Part shown: piece after piece, positions 60,890-64,000 of the stretch
Layout of the letters: the number at the start of each line of letters is the position of its first letter
How positions within the stretch are numbered: the stretch's first letter is position 1
Origin: an uncultured Alphaproteobacteria bacterium
GTDB lineage: Bacteria > Pseudomonadota > Alphaproteobacteria > RF32 > CAG-239
Assembly (NCBI GenBank): GCA_934273635.1
Contig: CAKQSV010000003.1
Location: 44,975-108,974 of the forward strand
Direction of reading: 5' to 3'
Length of the DNA: 64,000 nt
Program-made: the position numbers and the translations under genes
Notes under the pieces: generated by a model
What the model saw: the letters and a program-made list of their open reading frames with translations, nothing else
Database searches by the model: none
Told to the model about the DNA's origin: nothing

Positions 60890-61351
60890 TTACATTTTCA
60901 AATACTCTAAAAACGCCTGACAGCCCTCGTAAATATCCCAGTAGCTCTCGTCAAAGTTACCGGTATACCAAGGGTCGCGAATATTGCGCGGGTGGTCAGT
61001 AAAATCTAATAAGCGATGGATTTTGTTTTCCGTATCCGGACCAACGAGTGATTGGATGTCCTCAATGTTGCTGTCGTCCATCACCAAAATATAGTCATAA
61101 TAAGCATAATCGCGCGGACGAATACGCCGAGAATAATGTTCCTCAAACGGTACATGCATAGATTTCAGCATCTCGCGCGTGCCATGATGAATGCCGGCGT
61201 GGCACATCTCGTTATAACTTTCAGTCGCCGCGGAATCAATTTCAAACTGATTGGACAAGCCACGTTCTTCAACCATTTGCTTAAACACAAACTGCGCCAT
61301 CGGCGATCGACAAATATTCCCTAAACATACAAACAAAACTTTAATCATCAT
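60890..61351 (-). CDS. low-molecular-weight protein-tyrosine phosphatase / ArsC-like (CX5R)
   Basis: VLFVCLGNICRSPMAQ P-loop. DP motif. Start ATG overlaps the hsdR stop (ATGA). Confidence 0.8.
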   Translation of the reverse strand: MMIKVLFVCLGNICRSPMAQFVFKQMVEERGLSNQFEIDSAATESYNEMCHAGIHHGTREMLKSMHVPFEEHYSRRIRPRDYAYYDYILVMDDSNIEDIQSLVGPDTENKIHRLLDFTDHPRNIRDPWYTGNFDESYWDIYEGCQAFLEYLKM

Positions 61352-64000
61352 ACTTCCATTACATTATCCGTCCAGAGTTCGCATTGCATTATAACAGTTT
61401 GGACGGCATCTTCAACGCCTTCCGGTGGATATTTGTATTTTTTGAGCAGACGTTTAATCATCATACGCATTTTGGCGCGCGCCGTTTCTTTTTTCTGCCA
61501 ATCTATCGTTTTATTTTTGCGCAAAGTTTCGACAAGCTCTTTGGTAATAGCAATCAATTCGTCATTTTCATAAAAATCTTTAACAACTTGAGGACGTGTC
61601 AAGGCATCATAAAATGCCGTTTCTTCGGTGTTAAGCCCCAAATCTTCGCCTTCTTTTTGTGCCGCGGTGATTTGTTTTGCCAGATTAAGCAGCTCCTCAA
61701 TAACTTGTTCATTAGTCAGCATACCGTTCAAATAGCGGTTCATAGACTCTTGTATCATTTCGCTAAACTTTTCCGAGCGCACAACATTGCTATGGCGATA
61801 AATAGAAATCTGCTCGGCTATCAGCTTTTTCAACAATTCCACCGCCAAATTTTTCTCTTTCATCTTGGATATTTCTTCCAAAAATTTCGGGTCAAACAGC
61901 GAAAATTCTTCTTTTATATCCGAAAACAGATTGATAACACCATCGCTTTTTATACTCTGTTCCAACAGTTCGTTAATGCGTTTATTCATTTCAGGCAATG
62001 ATATTTTTTTACCGCCTCCGCTTTCGGTTAAACGCAAAATCATAATTCTGACTGCCTCTAAAAATGCCGCCTCAATACGAAGTTCTTCTTCAACAATGGA
62101 CGCGCAAAGTGACAGAGCCTGATGTAACATAAGAGCTTGCTTAATAAAGGCGTCTTTTTCTTTGTTTTTCTCTCTAGCAATAATAAAGTTTGTGGCACCG
62201 CTTATCAATCTTGCTCGGACTAAATTTGAACCGGTAGCAAATTCGCCATAATCAAAACCACGCAATAAATCGCGGCAGACTTGCAATTTTTCTTTGAATT
62301 TATTATAAGCGGTGGTGGCAATGTCCATATTGCCATAGTTTTTTCTATCACGGATGGTATAATCATTCATTGCCTTTTTCAAAGCACTGGCGATACCGAT
62401 ATAATCAACCACCAAACCGCCTTCTTTATCTTCAAACACGCGATTAACCCGCGCAATCGCCTGCATCAGATTATGCCCTTCCATCGGCTTATAGACATAC
62501 ATTGTTGCAAGTGAGGGCACATCAAAACCGGTTAGCCACATGTCAACGACAATGGCAATTTTCAAAGGATCGTTATTATCTTTAAATTTGCGAGCTAAAT
62601 CTTCTTTATGTGATTTATTACCGATAATCGCACGCCAATCCTCCGGATCCTTGTTATCAGAGGTCATAACCACCGCAACTTTATCTTTCCATGCCGGACG
62701 CAATTCCAAAATTTTATGATAAATTTTCAGGGCAATCGGGCGGGAATAAGCTACAATCATAGCCTTACCTGTCAACAAATTCTCGCGATAGTTTTCGTAG
62801 TGATCCAAAATATCGCAGACAAGCGAATTGATGGTATCATCATCGCTCAAAATAGTTTCCATTTGCCCGAGTTGTTTTTTGCTCTTTGCAATAACTTCCG
62901 GATCGGCATTTTGCGCCATTAAATCATATTCAGCGTCTATAAGTTGCAAAATTTCCGGCTTTAGATGAAGTTTTATAACGCGGCTTTCATAATAAACCGG
63001 ACGCGTTGCGCCATCTTCCACCGCTTGTGTCATATCATAAACATCAATATAATCGCCAAATACCTCTCGCGTATTGCGGTCATCAAGAGAAAGCGGCGTA
63101 CCGGTAAAGCCAATATATGTCGCATTGGGTAGAGAGTTGCGAATAATTCGCGCCGTGCCGACTCTTATGTTTCCGTCTTTATCTATCTTTTCGCTTAAGC
63201 CATATTGACCACGGTGCGCCTCATCAGCCATCACGATAATATTCCGTCGTTCTGACAACGGCTCCGCTGATTCCTCAAACTTTTGCATTGTGGTAAAGAA
63301 AATACCGTTGGCTTTGATGCCGTCTAAAAGCTGTTTCAAATGAGCACGACTTATTGCCTGCACCGGTTCTTGGCGCAAAAAATCTTTGCATTTAGCAAAT
63401 TGCGTATAAAGTTGATCATCCAAATCGTTACGATCTGTAATAACAACTATTGTCGGGCTGTTTAAGGCACTTTGCAGCAAATGAGCATAAAACACCATGG
63501 AAAGTGATTTTCCGCTACCTTGCGTGTGCCAGAACACACCGCCTTTACCGTCTGTTTGCGTGGCATGTTTGGTAGATTCAATAGCTTTTTTAACCGCAAA
63601 ATATTGATGATAACCTGATAGAATTTTAACGGCACCTTTGTTTTCGTTAGAAAAGCAAATAAAGTTCTTCAAAATATCCAACAGGCGTGACTTTTCAAAA
63701 ATTCCATTAAAAAATGTGTCAAACTGCGCATATTTGGTATTTTCATAAGAACCGTCAACCGTTTTCCACTCCATAAAACGTGTTTCATCAGAAGTAATCG
63801 TTCCGGCTTTAGACACAGCCAAATCACTCATCACGCAAATTGCGTTATATATAAACATAGACGGAATTTCGTGTTTATAGTTTTGAATTTGCCGATACGC
63901 TTCCGAAGCATCCGTTTCTTCGCGGGACGGCGATTTAAGCTCCATCAGCACGAGCGGCAAACCATTGATAAACAGCAGAACATCCGGACGTTTCTCGCTG
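61348..64000 (-). CDS. hsdR: type I restriction enzyme R subunit (HsdR), 5' end outside the window
   Basis: LVLMELKSP nuclease motif. DEAD-box helicase motifs (VVITDRNDLD, MADEAHRGQYG, GFTGTP...). The real N-terminus lies beyond the window. Confidence 0.85.
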   Translation of the reverse strand, partial: SEKRPDVLLFINGLPLVLMELKSPSREETDASEAYRQIQNYKHEIPSMFIYNAICVMSDLAVSKAGTITSDETRFMEWKTVDGSYENTKYAQFDTFFNGIFEKSRLLDILKNFICFSNENKGAVKILSGYHQYFAVKKAIESTKHATQTDGKGGVFWHTQGSGKSLSMVFYAHLLQSALNSPTIVVITDRNDLDDQLYTQFAKCKDFLRQEPVQAISRAHLKQLLDGIKANGIFFTTMQKFEESAEPLSERRNIIVMADEAHRGQYGLSEKIDKDGNIRVGTARIIRNSLPNATYIGFTGTPLSLDDRNTREVFGDYIDVYDMTQAVEDGATRPVYYESRVIKLHLKPEILQLIDAEYDLMAQNADPEVIAKSKKQLGQMETILSDDDTINSLVCDILDHYENYRENLLTGKAMIVAYSRPIALKIYHKILELRPAWKDKVAVVMTSDNKDPEDWRAIIGNKSHKEDLARKFKDNNDPLKIAIVVDMWLTGFDVPSLATMYVYKPMEGHNLMQAIARVNRVFEDKEGGLVVDYIGIASALKKAMNDYTIRDRKNYGNMDIATTAYNKFKEKLQVCRDLLRGFDYGEFATGSNLVRARLISGATNFIIAREKNKEKDAFIKQALMLHQALSLCASIVEEELRIEAAFLEAVRIMILRLTESGGGKKISLPEMNKRINELLEQSIKSDGVINLFSDIKEEFSLFDPKFLEEISKMKEKNLAVELLKKLIAEQISIYRHSNVVRSEKFSEMIQESMNRYLNGMLTNEQVIEELLNLAKQITAAQKEGEDLGLNTEETAFYDALTRPQVVKDFYENDELIAITKELVETLRKNKTIDWQKKETARAKMRMMIKRLLKKYKYPPEGVEDAVQTVIMQCELWTDNVMEV

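Noticed and set aside
61384-62001. 205-aa plus-strand ORF
   Set aside because: Antisense to hsdR. Phe/Ile-rich artefact of the AT-rich coding strand.
1-64000. Scan for tRNA (GTTCGA/TTCGAAT T-loop), rRNA, CRISPR direct repeats, IS/transposase genes
   Set aside because: None found. The only GGTTCGAACC occurrence (about 59271) lies in-frame inside the SPFH gene with no cloverleaf context.

Overview
This 64-kb window looks like an alphaproteobacterial-type chromosome segment. Conserved blocks supporting that placement are yqeY-dnaG-rpoD, hflK-hflC-degP(htrA)-holC and greA. I support about 50 protein-coding genes. I found no rRNA, tRNA, CRISPR array or transposase. Several accessory regions interrupt the housekeeping genes. 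(1) 606-4960: a 1334-aa membrane-anchored giant coiled-coil protein, translationally coupled through a 111-aa ORF to dusB. (2) 13.4-19.5 kb: a cysteine-rich locus. Two paralogous Cys/Tyr/Gly-rich secreted proteins (502 and 904 aa) share a CDx3(F/Y)PY...PG..AGT(L/V)..C module. They sit divergently from a tight operon in which two very small, metallothionein-like Cys-rich proteins bracket trxB. A strongly structured 300-bp intergenic region lies next to this locus. (3) 20.9-24.2 kb: a glycan-modification cluster (GT2, an unknown GT-A-like protein, a hexapeptide acyltransferase). (4) 25.6-32.1 kb: a glycogen operon, glgB-glgX-malQ. (5) 32.1-36.8 kb: an AT-rich island carrying a 3-gene cassette, N4/N6 MTase (with permuted motif order), an orphan 687-aa protein, and a Dam-like D12 MTase. 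This is my best candidate for an undescribed restriction or defence system; a Type IIS-like system with two strand-specific MTases is one reading. (6) 58.8-64 kb: a second AT-rich region with an SPFH plus NfeD-like pair, and a LMW protein-tyrosine-phosphatase gene translationally coupled (ATGA overlap) to a type I hsdR. All product calls rest on motif recognition by eye in the six-frame translations. No database search was possible.
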